Notes: generated from the sequence alone by a model not told the origin. A stretch of 64,000 nucleotides of DNA from Vulcanimicrobiota bacterium (GCA_050250895.1 JBFWNU010000001.1:520008-584007), one strand, 5' to 3'. Shown: positions 31,548-41,202, counted from the stretch's first letter. Made by a program: numbers and translations.

Positions 31548-32347
31548 TGCTGGCCCTGCACATACCCGACGGCTTTCTGCCCGGACCCGTCGGGGCAGCC
31601 GGCTGGTTGTTGGCCCTGCCGGCCCTGCTCTGGAGCCTCTATCAAGCCTCACGCCAGGAGGAGGACGAACTACCCCTGGCCGGACTGCTGGCCGCCTTCG
31701 TGTTCGCGGCCCAGAGTTTCCAATTTCCCATCCCCGGAGGCACGACCGGACACCTTATCGGAGCCACCCTGGTAACCATCCTGGCCGGCCCCGGCCTGGC
31801 CTTTCTGGTGCTCACCTGCGTCATCTTGCTGCAGGCTCTGCTGTTCGGCGACGGCGGCCTGGTGGTGATGGGCTGGAACCTCACCAACATGGGGGTCCTC
31901 TCCGGATTTTGCGGCGGCAGCCTCTTCCTGTGGCTGACCCGTGGAGGCGCCCCCCGCCCGGCGGCTGGCCTGGTGGCGGCCTGGATCGCTACGCAGGCGG
32001 CCAGTCTGGCCACCTGCCTGGAGCTGGCCGCTGGCAACGCCTCGCCACTGGTGGTCTCGTTGCCCGCCATGGCAGCCACCCAGAGTCTGGTGGGCGTAGG
32101 CGAAGGACTGGTCACGGCCGGCGCTATCGGTTTTTTGGCCCGCACGCGCCCCGGATTGCTCCGGCGACAAGACTCGGCCTGGCCCGGAGGGGTGGGGTTT
32201 GGCCTTCTTCTGGCCGGTTGCCTGGCTGCAGCTCTCTTACTGCCGAGCCGGCCCCTGGCCCCGCTGTTCTGCTGGCTGGCGCTTTGTGGCTTGAGTCTTA
32301 TTGGCTATGGGGTGACCCGCTTCATCGGCTGGCGAGGCAAGCCATGA
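31544..32347 (+). CDS. cbiM: ECF Co/Ni transporter S component CbiM/NikM
   Basis: LHIPDGFL, FPIPGGTTGHLIG, QALLFGDGG. Confidence 0.9.
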   Translation: MMLALHIPDGFLPGPVGAAGWLLALPALLWSLYQASRQEEDELPLAGLLAAFVFAAQSFQFPIPGGTTGHLIGATLVTILAGPGLAFLVLTCVILLQALLFGDGGLVVMGWNLTNMGVLSGFCGGSLFLWLTRGGAPRPAAGLVAAWIATQAASLATCLELAAGNASPLVVSLPAMAATQSLVGVGEGLVTAGAIGFLARTRPGLLRRQDSAWPGGVGFGLLLAGCLAAALLLPSRPLAPLFCWLALCGLSLIGYGVTRFIGWRGKP

Positions 32348-33093
32348 TCGCGACCTTCAGCCCCAGGGCCAGCCGGCCCTGGCAGTTGGATCCCCGGGCC
32401 CTAATGCTGAGCGCGCTGCTGGCCATCGCGGCTATTACCTGGACCGAAAGCTGGGCAGGCCTGGGCTTGACCGCGCTGGCCCTGACGCTTCTGGCTTTGC
32501 TGTGGGGAGTGCCGTTGCTGGCCTGGTGGCTGCGTTCGGCACTGGTCTTGCCGTTTTGCCTGGCGGCTTTGCCCCTGGTCTTCACCGATCCCGGTCCGGC
32601 CTGGATTCAGGTGATGGGCCTGACCGCCAGCCACACCGGGGTCGAGCACTTTCTCTCCATCGTCGTTCATTGCTGGCTCTGCCTGCAGGCGCTCCTACTA
32701 GCAATGGCGGTCGGCGGCCCCACCCAGCTGGTCGAAGCCCTGGGAGGTCTGGGCATGCCGGCCCGCTTGTTGATGGTGGTGCGCCTCTGCGTGCGCTATC
32801 TCGACCTGCTCAAACAAGAGGCCGCTCGCATGGCCCGGGCCCGCCAGTGCCGCAGCTGTGGTCCGGGGCGCCCTGGCCTGGGCTTTCGTCTGGCGGTGGT
32901 GGGCCAACAGGTGGGCTCTCTCTTTCTGCGAGCGCTCGACCGCGCTCAGCGAGTCCACCTGGCTATGCGCTGCCGAGGCTACAGCTCGGCCGACCCCATG
33001 TTCGCGGTCGAGTTCCGCCCCTGGCGGGGCGCCGACTTCGCCCTGGTCGGCCTGAGCTTGGGCTGGCTAGGGACAGCGGTCTGGCCCGGGTGA
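32344..33093 (+). CDS. cbiQ: ECF T component CbiQ/NikQ
   Basis: LDPR, RYLDLL..E..RM.RAR..R, LFLRALDRA..AM.CRGY. Confidence 0.88.
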   Translation: MIATFSPRASRPWQLDPRALMLSALLAIAAITWTESWAGLGLTALALTLLALLWGVPLLAWWLRSALVLPFCLAALPLVFTDPGPAWIQVMGLTASHTGVEHFLSIVVHCWLCLQALLLAMAVGGPTQLVEALGGLGMPARLLMVVRLCVRYLDLLKQEAARMARARQCRSCGPGRPGLGFRLAVVGQQVGSLFLRALDRAQRVHLAMRCRGYSSADPMFAVEFRPWRGADFALVGLSLGWLGTAVWPG

Positions 33094-33794
33094 GTTGGCT
33101 GCGGGCTACCGACCTGAGCTTTGCCTATCCCGATGGCCAGCGGGCCCTCGACCAGGTCTCGTTCGCACTCGCCAGCGGCGAAAAGGCTGTGCTACTTGGG
33201 CCCAACGGAGCCGGCAAGTCCACTCTCTTACTGCATCTCAACGGCATCCACCACGGCCAGGGACGGCTGGAAATCGGCCAGGTCGAGGTAGCTCGCCACA
33301 ACCTCGACCAGATCCGAGCCCGGGTGGGACTGGTCTTTCAGAACCCCGACGACCAGCTGTTTTGCCCTACCGTGGCGGAAGATGTGGCCTATGGCCCTCG
33401 CTATCAGGGCCTGACCGGAGCCGAACTTGAAGCCCGGGTCAAAGCAGCCCTCGAGCAGGTGGATCTGCTGGAAGCCGCCGACCGGTTTCCCCAGAACCTG
33501 AGCGGCGGAGAGAAAAAGAGAGCGGCCCTGGCCACCGTCCTGTCGATGCGTCCCGATTTGCTGGTGCTAGACGAGCCTACCGCCGGGCTGGATGCGCGCG
33601 CCCGGCGCAGCGTCATCGAGGTGCTCAAGGCTCTGGCTACCACCATGCTGGTGGCGACCCATGACCTGGAGCTAGCCAGGGAAATGTTTGAGCGGGGACT
33701 GATTCTCGACGGGGGAAAGCTGGTTTACGACGGACCCCTCGAGGCCGCCCTGGCCGACCGCGAACTGTTGCTACGCCACGGTCTAGTCGCTTGA
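33090..33794 (+). CDS. cbiO: ECF ATPase CbiO/NikO
   Basis: GPNGAGKST, VFQNPDDQLF, LSGGEKKR; GTG start overlaps the cbiQ stop. Confidence 0.92.
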   Translation: MSWLRATDLSFAYPDGQRALDQVSFALASGEKAVLLGPNGAGKSTLLLHLNGIHHGQGRLEIGQVEVARHNLDQIRARVGLVFQNPDDQLFCPTVAEDVAYGPRYQGLTGAELEARVKAALEQVDLLEAADRFPQNLSGGEKKRAALATVLSMRPDLLVLDEPTAGLDARARRSVIEVLKALATTMLVATHDLELAREMFERGLILDGGKLVYDGPLEAALADRELLLRHGLVA

Positions 33795-34220
33795 GCTGCG
33801 GCGACCGCGCAGCAGACTCAAGCCGCCGAAGATACCGAAGAGAACGCTGATGCCGACCAGCAGGCGGGTGTGAGTGGCCACCAGCGGCTGCGAGAACGAC
33901 TTCACCACCTGGTGCTCGTCCACTTCGACCTCTACCGTGGCGCCATGCAAGCCATGGGTGGAATCGGCCTTGACCTTGACCGTCCATTGGCCGGGCTGGT
34001 CTGGCACGAACACGACCCGGCCATGAAAATCGGTGCGGCCAATGGCAAAGGGGTTGCCCTCGGCACCTCCGGGTGGGAAGACCTCGTATTCAGAATAGCT
34101 GGCTTCTTCATCGCCGAGCTGAACCGTGACCACCACCGCCTCGGCCTGGGTCACCTCGTGGTTCACCGTGTGGGCCAGAGCAAGAGTGGATAGCAGCAAA
34201 CAGATCGCCAGGACTCGCAT
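33783..34220 (-). CDS. CbiL/NikL-like membrane-anchored accessory protein
   Basis: Signal ALAH, GRTD..G.VVF.PD.PG.W.V...HG, C-terminal transmembrane segment. Confidence 0.68.
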   Translation of the reverse strand: MRVLAICLLLSTLALAHTVNHEVTQAEAVVVTVQLGDEEASYSEYEVFPPGGAEGNPFAIGRTDFHGRVVFVPDQPGQWTVKVKADSTHGLHGATVEVEVDEHQVVKSFSQPLVATHTRLLVGISVLFGIFGGLSLLRGRRSSSD

Positions 34221-34275
34221 GGCCCCAGTCTATACCGAAAACGGATGCACTTGCAACCGTTCGCGGGAGGGGCGG

Positions 34276-35463
34276 TTAGCGTCGGAACCTCTGGGGAGTT
34301 GCCAGCGCCCGCCGAATCTGGCGAAGCACCTCGGAGGACAGATCGGGTTCGACCACTTCCAAGCTGAATTCTTCCACCGAGAAACTCGGCTTCTCTTCAA
34401 CCACCAGCACACTGGTGTTGGAATGTCGGGCCAGGGCCATCAGTTGCTCGCGGTTCTCGGCCAGCAACACCCGGTAACCAGCCTCCTCCAGCTGGCGGTG
34501 AAGCACTCCGCCCAGCTGGCCCAGGAGCAAGATACACTCTTTGCCCCCCGGGGCGGCGGCGCTCCCGGCACGGGGCAAAACCAGGGTCAACGTGGTGCCC
34601 TGACCCGGGGCTGATTCGATTTCGATCTTGCCCCCCATACTACGAACCCAGCCATACACCCGGGCCAGGCCCAGACCGGGCTGCCCCAGGCGGGTGGTGT
34701 AGAACGGTTCGAACAGGTGCCGAGCCGTACTTCGATCCATGCCATGACCGCTATCCGAGACCGATAGGCGAAGCCAGCCGTCGGGAGAATCCTCGGCTTC
34801 TATCTGAAGCCAACCGCTCCCTGAGGCCATTGCCTCGAGCGAGTTCTGACAGATCTCTCGCAACATCTCTTCACAAACCGAGGACCGAGCCAACAACGTC
34901 AGGCTGGGCGGACACTTCGTCTCGCAACGGGTGCCGGGGGATCGCTCTTTCACCCAGCGGGCCAGGTTGCCCAGCAAAGGCACGACGGCCGTGCCCTCCA
35001 TCGCTTGATCGATGGCACCATAGAAAACCGAGAAGGCGTTGGCTCGGTCTTCGAGCTTGCGACAAGATTCCAGGATCGACTGCAGACCCTCGGTCACCTC
35101 GGGTTGATTACAATCCAGCAGGGCCAACTCGGCCTCGCCCTTGACCCCCGCCAATACGTTACGAAGGTCGTGAGCCACTCGGTCGGCCATGCGGCGCAGC
35201 GCCGCGAAGGCAGGCGCCTCGCGCCCTTCGGCCATCTGGTCGAGCAACTGCCGGCGAAACGTCTCGAGTTCTTCCGGCAAGGTGTCGCAGGCGGCCTGGT
35301 TCTGACGACGCACCTCTTCCAGCAGTTCGCCCCGCACCACCGACACCTCGCGGGGAGCCTCGATACCCAGCCGAACCTGATCGGCTCGGGACTCGAGCAC
35401 GGTGATGATGACATCGTCCCCCACTTTGAGGGATTGCTTCTTCTTGCGCGAGATTACGAGCAT
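34276..35463 (-). CDS. csrA: CsrA-histidine kinase fusion (CsrA-HisKA-HATPase-pseudo-REC)
   Basis: MLVISRKKKQSLKVGDDVIITVL..DQVRLGIEAPREVSVVRGE then AHDLRN, QNSLEAM, DSGHGM, FEPFYTT, GLGL in one frame; overlaps fliW. Confidence 0.9.
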   Translation of the reverse strand: MLVISRKKKQSLKVGDDVIITVLESRADQVRLGIEAPREVSVVRGELLEEVRRQNQAACDTLPEELETFRRQLLDQMAEGREAPAFAALRRMADRVAHDLRNVLAGVKGEAELALLDCNQPEVTEGLQSILESCRKLEDRANAFSVFYGAIDQAMEGTAVVPLLGNLARWVKERSPGTRCETKCPPSLTLLARSSVCEEMLREICQNSLEAMASGSGWLQIEAEDSPDGWLRLSVSDSGHGMDRSTARHLFEPFYTTRLGQPGLGLARVYGWVRSMGGKIEIESAPGQGTTLTLVLPRAGSAAAPGGKECILLLGQLGGVLHRQLEEAGYRVLLAENREQLMALARHSNTSVLVVEEKPSFSVEEFSLEVVEPDLSSEVLRQIRRALATPQRFRR

Positions 35464-35888
35464 GCTACCGGCCTCCTGGATAAGCTGTGACAGGTTCCGA
35501 ACCGAGTGTCGTCAAGTACGACCTGACCGCCCGTCCGGGTTCGCTGGTGCAATACCACCGGGGCCGCCAGATTCATGGTCCAGCCGTCCTGGTCGCAAGT
35601 CACCACGCAATAGATGGCCAGTTCGTCGCCCCGTTCCACTCGCAAAGCCTGCAGAAAGGCGCTGTCGAGATCGGGTTCATAGTCCGAGAAAAAGGTGAAC
35701 GGGTCGGCCAGAGCCAGGGCCAGGTCGGCCTGGTCCACCGACTGAAGCCAGACGAAGGGGCGATACTTGGGCATTTCCAAGAGCACGAACCGGCGACTTT
35801 CTTCGAGACCCACCAGGGGTCGGGTGAACTCGATCAAGCTGCTCTCTGGAACCTCTAACTGGCCGAATCTCAGGCTATCCAACTGCAT
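35454..35888 (-). CDS. fliW: flagellar assembly factor FliW
   Basis: RFG, F.WLQSVD..LAL...DPF.FF.DY, TMNLAAPVV, GGQVVL. Confidence 0.93.
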   Translation of the reverse strand: MQLDSLRFGQLEVPESSLIEFTRPLVGLEESRRFVLLEMPKYRPFVWLQSVDQADLALALADPFTFFSDYEPDLDSAFLQALRVERGDELAIYCVVTCDQDGWTMNLAAPVVLHQRTRTGGQVVLDDTRFGTCHSLSRRPVACS

Positions 35889-35909
35889 TCTAATCTCCTC
35901 GACTGTTTT

Positions 35910-36809
35910 CTATCTAAGATAATTGACCAGACTCAGCTGAGACACTCGTGAGGCCACCTGCATCGTGGCCTGGACGGTGGTCTCGGCAGAGAGCATCTGG
36001 GTGATGGCGGTGGGCAGGTCGACTCCGCTCAAATCCTGCAGTTCCATGTTCAAGTTGATCAGCTTCTCGCCGGTGTGGGTCGACAGGCTCTCGAGATACT
36101 GACCGGCGCTGGCAGCCTCGGCTCGCCGAGTCAGCAAATTGTTCTCGATTTTCTCGAGCTTGTCGAGAAAGGGAGCGGCGTCGAAGTCTGGCTTTTGCAG
36201 GGCGTCGCGCAGCTCGATCACGGTCTGGAAGAAGTCTTCTCCCGACCCGCCCGAAACCGACTGCCCGTTGAGGCTGATGTTGAGGGTCTTGCCGTCGGGC
36301 AGGTTCAAAGGCGGAGAGCCTAGATCGCCTGCGTAATTCACCGAGGTGATTTTGCCCCCCGATTCGGTAGTCTGGAAAGGGGGAGTGCGGCTCTTGAAGC
36401 CGCTCAACAAGTAGCTGCCGTTGATCTCGCTGTTGCTCAAGTTGAGGGCCGACTGCAGGATGCTGTCGACCTCCTGAGCCAGCGACTCTCCCAACTGAGG
36501 TCCAGTGCTACCGTTGGCGGCTCGCTGGGTGATGGTGCGCAAGCTGCGCACTTTAGAGGTCAGGTCGCCCAGCATCTCGTCGACGTAGCGTAGAGAGCCG
36601 GCGCTTTCTGCGACCATGCCCTGATCGGTCTCTAGCCGCGTGATCGCCGCCTGCACTCGGGTCTTGCGGGCGTAGGCCGAGGGGTCCTCGCTGGGGCGGG
36701 TGAGCTTCTGGCCCGAGGCGATCTGTTCTTGCAGGCCGTTGAGACGGCTACGGGCCGATTCTAGATTGTTGAGGATGGCTCGCTGAAAGCGGGCATCGTT
36801 AGCACGCAT
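35910..36809 (-). CDS. flgL: hook-associated protein FlgL
   Basis: QIASGQKLTRPSEDP, YLLSG, SLVNYLR. Confidence 0.9.
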   Translation of the reverse strand: MRANDARFQRAILNNLESARSRLNGLQEQIASGQKLTRPSEDPSAYARKTRVQAAITRLETDQGMVAESAGSLRYVDEMLGDLTSKVRSLRTITQRAANGSTGPQLGESLAQEVDSILQSALNLSNSEINGSYLLSGFKSRTPPFQTTESGGKITSVNYAGDLGSPPLNLPDGKTLNISLNGQSVSGGSGEDFFQTVIELRDALQKPDFDAAPFLDKLEKIENNLLTRRAEAASAGQYLESLSTHTGEKLINLNMELQDLSGVDLPTAITQMLSAETTVQATMQVASRVSQLSLVNYLR

Positions 36810-36810
36810 A

Positions 36811-38481
36811 CTATCTGGCTCCCATGCTGATCAAAGTCGACATGATTTCGTCGGCCACGGTGGCCACCCGAGCCGCGGCCGCAAACGATTGCTGGTAACG
36901 CTGCAGGTTGAGCAACTCCTCGTCGGAGTTGACTCCCGAGATCTGCTGGCGGCGCTCGTCGGCATCGGTTTCTAGCAGAGTGTTCCGTTGAGCCATCACC
37001 ATCTCGCGACTGCGAGCGGCTCCGGCCGAGGTGGCCAAATCGTCGATGGACTCTTGAAAAGTGCGGTCGCCACCCGAGCCGAAAGCGGCGCTATCGAGCT
37101 TGGAGGCCATCTGACGCAACATCCGACCGTCGCCAGGCACGGCTGGCGCAGACACGGCACCGGTGAGGCCGAGCACCTGCGAAAGGTTGCCGCCGAGATC
37201 GTTGACGGTGATACCAGGCGGACCGGCCATTGAGGGGTCGCGCTCGAGCACCACCCGACCACTGGGTGAGTCGAATCGAGCTTTGACTCCGGCGGCGCTG
37301 AGGTTGCTCAGAATCTGGTCGGTGGATTGGCTATCATCCCAGCTGACGGCGATTCCGTTGATTTCGATGGTGCCAGAGGCGGTGGCCGGGGTATTGAGGT
37401 TGGCCGCCTGGTTGACCAGGCTGTCGCCGGCAGTGAAGCTAGCGTTGCCCACCCCGCTGGTGCCCTCGACTCGGGCCAGGGCTCCGGCGATGGCCCGGGG
37501 ATCGGTGAGGGCCAGGCGGAGGTCGCCAGCCCCGCTGCCCTGCAAGAGGTCACGCCCGGCCACGCCGTCAAGACCGTAGCCGAGTTGGTGAACGCTATTG
37601 AGCTGATCTTTGAAGCTGTTGGCGCTGGCATCGAGGGCGGTGCGAAAGCCGGCCAATTCGGTCTGGGCGAAATTCAGGTTGGCGGCCAGCGAGCCGCCGC
37701 GGGGGCTCAAGCTTTGGCCGGTCTGGGTGCGGAGGCCATTGGTGGCGTCCCACTGCAGCTGGTCGAGCTGGACGCCATAGAGAAGCTGCTTGCCATCGAG
37801 ATAGACCGAGGTGGCCCCGCCGTGAGATTCGCGCACTTGCACGTTGACCAGGCCGCTCAATTCGTCGAGCAGCACGTCGCGCCGGTCGAGCAGCACGTTC
37901 TTGCCGGCGCTGCCGTCGAGAGGCGGCAGTTGCTTATTGATGCCCTGCAGCTCGACCAAAATCTGGTTGGCCCGGTCGGTCAGATCGCCGACGCGAGCGC
38001 GGGCCTCGTCGCCCAGCTGGTCAAGCGAGTTCGAGGTGTCCTGAAAGGTCCGCGTGAATCCGTCGAGCTTGCTCAACAGGTCGCTGCGTAAAGCTATATC
38101 GTCGGGATGGGTGGCCACCTCGAGCAGGGCCGCTCGGACGTCCTGTGCCTGGCTGCTCAGACCCTCGGAATTGTTGAAGATCGACTCCAGGCGACTGGTC
38201 AGGGGGTCAAGACTGCGCGAGGCCTCGGCGTTGCGATGGTGAAGGCGATAGGCAGTATCCAGTAAGCCATCGCGAACTCGCTCGAAGCCCTCGACCTGCA
38301 CGCCCAGCCCGTCGTGGTGCTGTTGGAAGGTCGAAATCGCCGGTCCGACATTGCTGACCACAGCCCTCTGCCGGCTGTAGCCGGGCAGATCGACACCTTC
38401 CAGGTTGCGACCGGTGAGCTCGATCTGGAGCTGACTCGAGCGCAGCAGGCTGGAGGCGATATTTAGTGAGTTGAGAGCCAT
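36811..38481 (-). CDS. flgK: hook-associated protein FlgK
   Basis: PGYSRQR, LLDRRDVLLDELS, ISGVNSDEE; start moved to 38481. Confidence 0.9.
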   Translation of the reverse strand: MALNSLNIASSLLRSSQLQIELTGRNLEGVDLPGYSRQRAVVSNVGPAISTFQQHHDGLGVQVEGFERVRDGLLDTAYRLHHRNAEASRSLDPLTSRLESIFNNSEGLSSQAQDVRAALLEVATHPDDIALRSDLLSKLDGFTRTFQDTSNSLDQLGDEARARVGDLTDRANQILVELQGINKQLPPLDGSAGKNVLLDRRDVLLDELSGLVNVQVRESHGGATSVYLDGKQLLYGVQLDQLQWDATNGLRTQTGQSLSPRGGSLAANLNFAQTELAGFRTALDASANSFKDQLNSVHQLGYGLDGVAGRDLLQGSGAGDLRLALTDPRAIAGALARVEGTSGVGNASFTAGDSLVNQAANLNTPATASGTIEINGIAVSWDDSQSTDQILSNLSAAGVKARFDSPSGRVVLERDPSMAGPPGITVNDLGGNLSQVLGLTGAVSAPAVPGDGRMLRQMASKLDSAAFGSGGDRTFQESIDDLATSAGAARSREMVMAQRNTLLETDADERRQQISGVNSDEELLNLQRYQQSFAAAARVATVADEIMSTLISMGAR

Positions 38482-38735
38482 CTCGAAGAGTGGGCCGCCT
38501 TTTGCGAATAGGTCGTCCTGACGGGTCCACCGAGGGTGTCCAGAAGATCCCGGTTGAGTGCCCACACGTGGCGAAGCTCGTCAGGGTCGAGTTGGTGACG
38601 GGGCAGCTCTTCGAGCAAGGCTTGCTTCTCGAACAGGATCTCCCCCAACACTTCAGGTCGCGGATCGAGCAGGCACTCGATCTCTAGAGTCATCAGCTCG
38701 GCCAGTCGGGCGAGCAAACCAGCTTCAGATGACAT
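38463..38735 (-). CDS. short helical protein, FlgN-like by position
   Basis: Lies between flgM and flgK; EK..LL..L, LN..LL, TYS. Confidence 0.55.
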   Translation of the reverse strand: MSSEAGLLARLAELMTLEIECLLDPRPEVLGEILFEKQALLEELPRHQLDPDELRHVWALNRDLLDTLGGPVRTTYSQKAAHSSRWLSTH

Positions 38736-39009
38736 CGCTGAGCTTGTCGGCCAGCTGGTCGAGGTCGACCTTGTAGTCGCCCGAGGCGATGCGGGACTTG
38801 AAGCTCTCGACCACATCGGTGCGAACGTCGGGCGAGTCCTGGACCAGCTTCGAGAGTTCGCTCATCTCTTTGGCGGAAGTCGACACCTCGACGCTGCTGG
38901 AGCCGCCCTTCGAGCACGAAGAGGCGCAGCTAGTCGAGGCCGGGGTCCGGACCTCGCTGACCCCGTTGATTTTGCTGGGAATGTTGTTTGAACTACCTGA
39001 TACAGTCAT
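38725..39009 (-). CDS. flgM: anti-sigma-28 factor FlgM
   Basis: VEVS, DVRTDVVESFKSRIASGDYKVDLDQLADKL. Confidence 0.9.
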   Translation of the reverse strand: MTVSGSSNNIPSKINGVSEVRTPASTSCASSCSKGGSSSVEVSTSAKEMSELSKLVQDSPDVRTDVVESFKSRIASGDYKVDLDQLADKLSDVI

Positions 39010-39046
39010 TGCCTATTCCTCCTACTAGCACTATTGTCTGCTAGTA

Positions 39047-39073
39047 TTATCGACCGGGTGGGGGTTTCCTTAA
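39047..39073 (-). promoter_or_regulatory. sigma-28 promoter for the flgM operon
   Basis: TTAA-N15-GTCGATAA. Confidence 0.72.
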
Positions 39074-39094
39074 TACCCCGTATGGGGGTTTTCC

Positions 39095-39982
39095 CTATGA
39101 GGCTCGGGAGTTAGCACCCACACCAACGTAGTTGCCGATCTCACAGAACTCGTCCTGAGCGGCCGCAACGGCCCGTTCGACTTCCTCGACGGTCAAGTCG
39201 AGCAACTCGAGATAGAGGGAGTTGACCTCCTGCCCCTCCCAGGCTGAACAGGCCAGGGCGACCAGGGCGGCGGGCTTCTCGTGCTTGCCGGCCTTGTTCG
39301 GGCTATGGTGATAGCGCACGCACTCGATCAGCATTTCGGGAAGCTTCCACGCCTCGCAGGTGGTGGCCCCAATCTCGGCGTGGTCGGTTCCCAGAAACTC
39401 GCGCTCGGCCGCCAGGGGGTCCTCGGCGTCGGCCAGCCTGGCCATCAACATCGTGTGCTCGCGGGGAGCATACTTCCGCAGGACCGAGTAGCCGACATCA
39501 TGCAGCATCCCGGCCACGAAGAGTTCCTCGGGACAGCCCTGGCGGGCGAGTCTGGCCAGGTTCTTGGCTACCAGACCGGTGCCCATGGCTCGCTTCCAAT
39601 GGACGGCCTGGTCGTTGCCGGTACCGGCGAAGAACGAGTCGTACGAGGCCAGACAGAAACACAAGCTGCGGACCACGTTGAGTCCCAGCATGCTGACCGC
39701 CTGGGTCACCGACATCACCCGCTGGGTGACGCCGTAGTAGGCCGAGTTCACCATTCTCAATACCCGAATGGAGAGTGACTGGTCGGTCGAAATGACCTTG
39801 CCCAGGTCGCGGGCCGAGACGAACGGCGAGTTCAACAGGCTCAGCAGTTTGCGATACACAAACGGCATCGTATCCAGATCGCTGAGTCGCGAGTGGATCT
39901 TTTGTTTGAGTGCCTCGGTGTCGAGATTCTCGATTTCCACGGGTTGCTCGGCAGCGGCTCTGCCGTAGGTAATCCTCTTCAC
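39095..39982 (-). CDS. HDOD domain protein
   Basis: DQSLSIRVLRMVNSAYYG, AGMLHDVG, DHAEIG, WKLP, RYHH. Confidence 0.9.
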   Translation of the reverse strand: MKRITYGRAAAEQPVEIENLDTEALKQKIHSRLSDLDTMPFVYRKLLSLLNSPFVSARDLGKVISTDQSLSIRVLRMVNSAYYGVTQRVMSVTQAVSMLGLNVVRSLCFCLASYDSFFAGTGNDQAVHWKRAMGTGLVAKNLARLARQGCPEELFVAGMLHDVGYSVLRKYAPREHTMLMARLADAEDPLAAEREFLGTDHAEIGATTCEAWKLPEMLIECVRYHHSPNKAGKHEKPAALVALACSAWEGQEVNSLYLELLDLTVEEVERAVAAAQDEFCEIGNYVGVGANSRAS

Positions 39983-41109
39983 GCTGGAACCTCCTGGGGT
40001 TTTGAGTCTTGACTGGTTTGATAGCGACCGTTGCCAGAATTAAAGGGCTCGCCCTCACGCGAATATCTCTCCTTGATGTCGAGAATCTCGGGCAAAACCT
40101 GCATAAAGATGTTCACCAGCCTGGGATCGAACTGGGTCCCAGAACAGCGTTGGATCTCGGCGACCGCGTCTTCGACCGTCCAGGCCTGCTTGTAGGGTCG
40201 CTCCGAAGTAAGCGCGTCGAAAACGTCGCACACGGTGGAGATCCTGGCTTCGAGAGGAATCTGCTCGCCCCGTAAGCCGTCAGGATAGCCCTTGCCGTCC
40301 CAACGCTCGTGGTGCCAGCGAGCCACTCGCTCGGCCATCTTCATCAGCTCGGAACTCCCACCCCGCATGAGCTCGGCGCCGATCTTGGCGTGGCTTTTCA
40401 TGATCTCCCACTCCTCGGGGGTGAGCTTGCCCTTCTTGAGCAGCACGTGGTCGGGAATACCGATCTTGCCGACATCGTGCAGGGCGGCCGCGTGCAGCAG
40501 CTGCTCGCGCTGCTCGATGGGCATTCCCATGGCTCGGGCCACGACCACGGCGTAGCGGCTCATCCGGCTGATGTGCAGACCCGTTTCGTCGTCGCGATAC
40601 TCGGCGGCCATGCCCAGGCGCCTTACCATCTCGAAATGAGCCTCTTGGAGAGCCAGAGTGCGCTCGCGCACCCGGTTCTCCAAATCCTTGTTCTGAGCAT
40701 AAAGTTTGCGATGCAGCAAACGAACCTCGAGCAGATTCTCTACTCGGCAAAAGAGTTCGAAGCGGTCAAAAGGCTTGCAGACGAAGTCGCGAGCCCCCAA
40801 ACCCAGGGCGCGACGACGGGTTTCGGGATTGGTGTCCCCGGTCAGCACCAGCACCGGCAAATAGGTGCCGTCGTGAAACTCTTCGGTCTCTAAGATAGTG
40901 AAGCCGTCCAGGACCGGCATGTTGAGGTCCAGTATCACCAGATCGGGCCTGAACTCTCGAAAGGCTTTCTCGAAGTGAAGCGGATTGCTGATCCCTTTGA
41001 GGTCCTGATAACCCGCTTTGCCGAGCAAGCGCTCGACGATCCTGACGTTAATCTCCTCGTCGTCGACGATGAGAATCCGTGCTGTTTTTCGCTCTTGATC
41101 CGTGATCAC
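39979..41109 (-). CDS. REC-HD-GYP c-di-GMP phosphodiesterase (RpfG family)
   Basis: LHDVGKIGIPD, HHERWDGKGYP, DVFDAL..RPYK. Confidence 0.94.
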   Translation of the reverse strand: MITDQERKTARILIVDDEEINVRIVERLLGKAGYQDLKGISNPLHFEKAFREFRPDLVILDLNMPVLDGFTILETEEFHDGTYLPVLVLTGDTNPETRRRALGLGARDFVCKPFDRFELFCRVENLLEVRLLHRKLYAQNKDLENRVRERTLALQEAHFEMVRRLGMAAEYRDDETGLHISRMSRYAVVVARAMGMPIEQREQLLHAAALHDVGKIGIPDHVLLKKGKLTPEEWEIMKSHAKIGAELMRGGSSELMKMAERVARWHHERWDGKGYPDGLRGEQIPLEARISTVCDVFDALTSERPYKQAWTVEDAVAEIQRCSGTQFDPRLVNIFMQVLPEILDIKERYSREGEPFNSGNGRYQTSQDSKPQEVPA

Positions 41110-41144
41110 TGAGCACTCCTTTCGGAACCCGATTTCACCCCTGT

Positions 41145-41202
41145 CTATCGGTGGCTAGCAAAAAAACTTGAGGCCTTTAGCCCAAAAAGTTGCGGCCGAT
41201 AG
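41145..41202. promoter_or_regulatory. back-to-back sigma-28 promoters
   Basis: Minus strand TCAA-N15-ACCGATAG (41145-41171); plus strand TTTA-N15-GCCGATAG (41176-41202). Confidence 0.7.
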
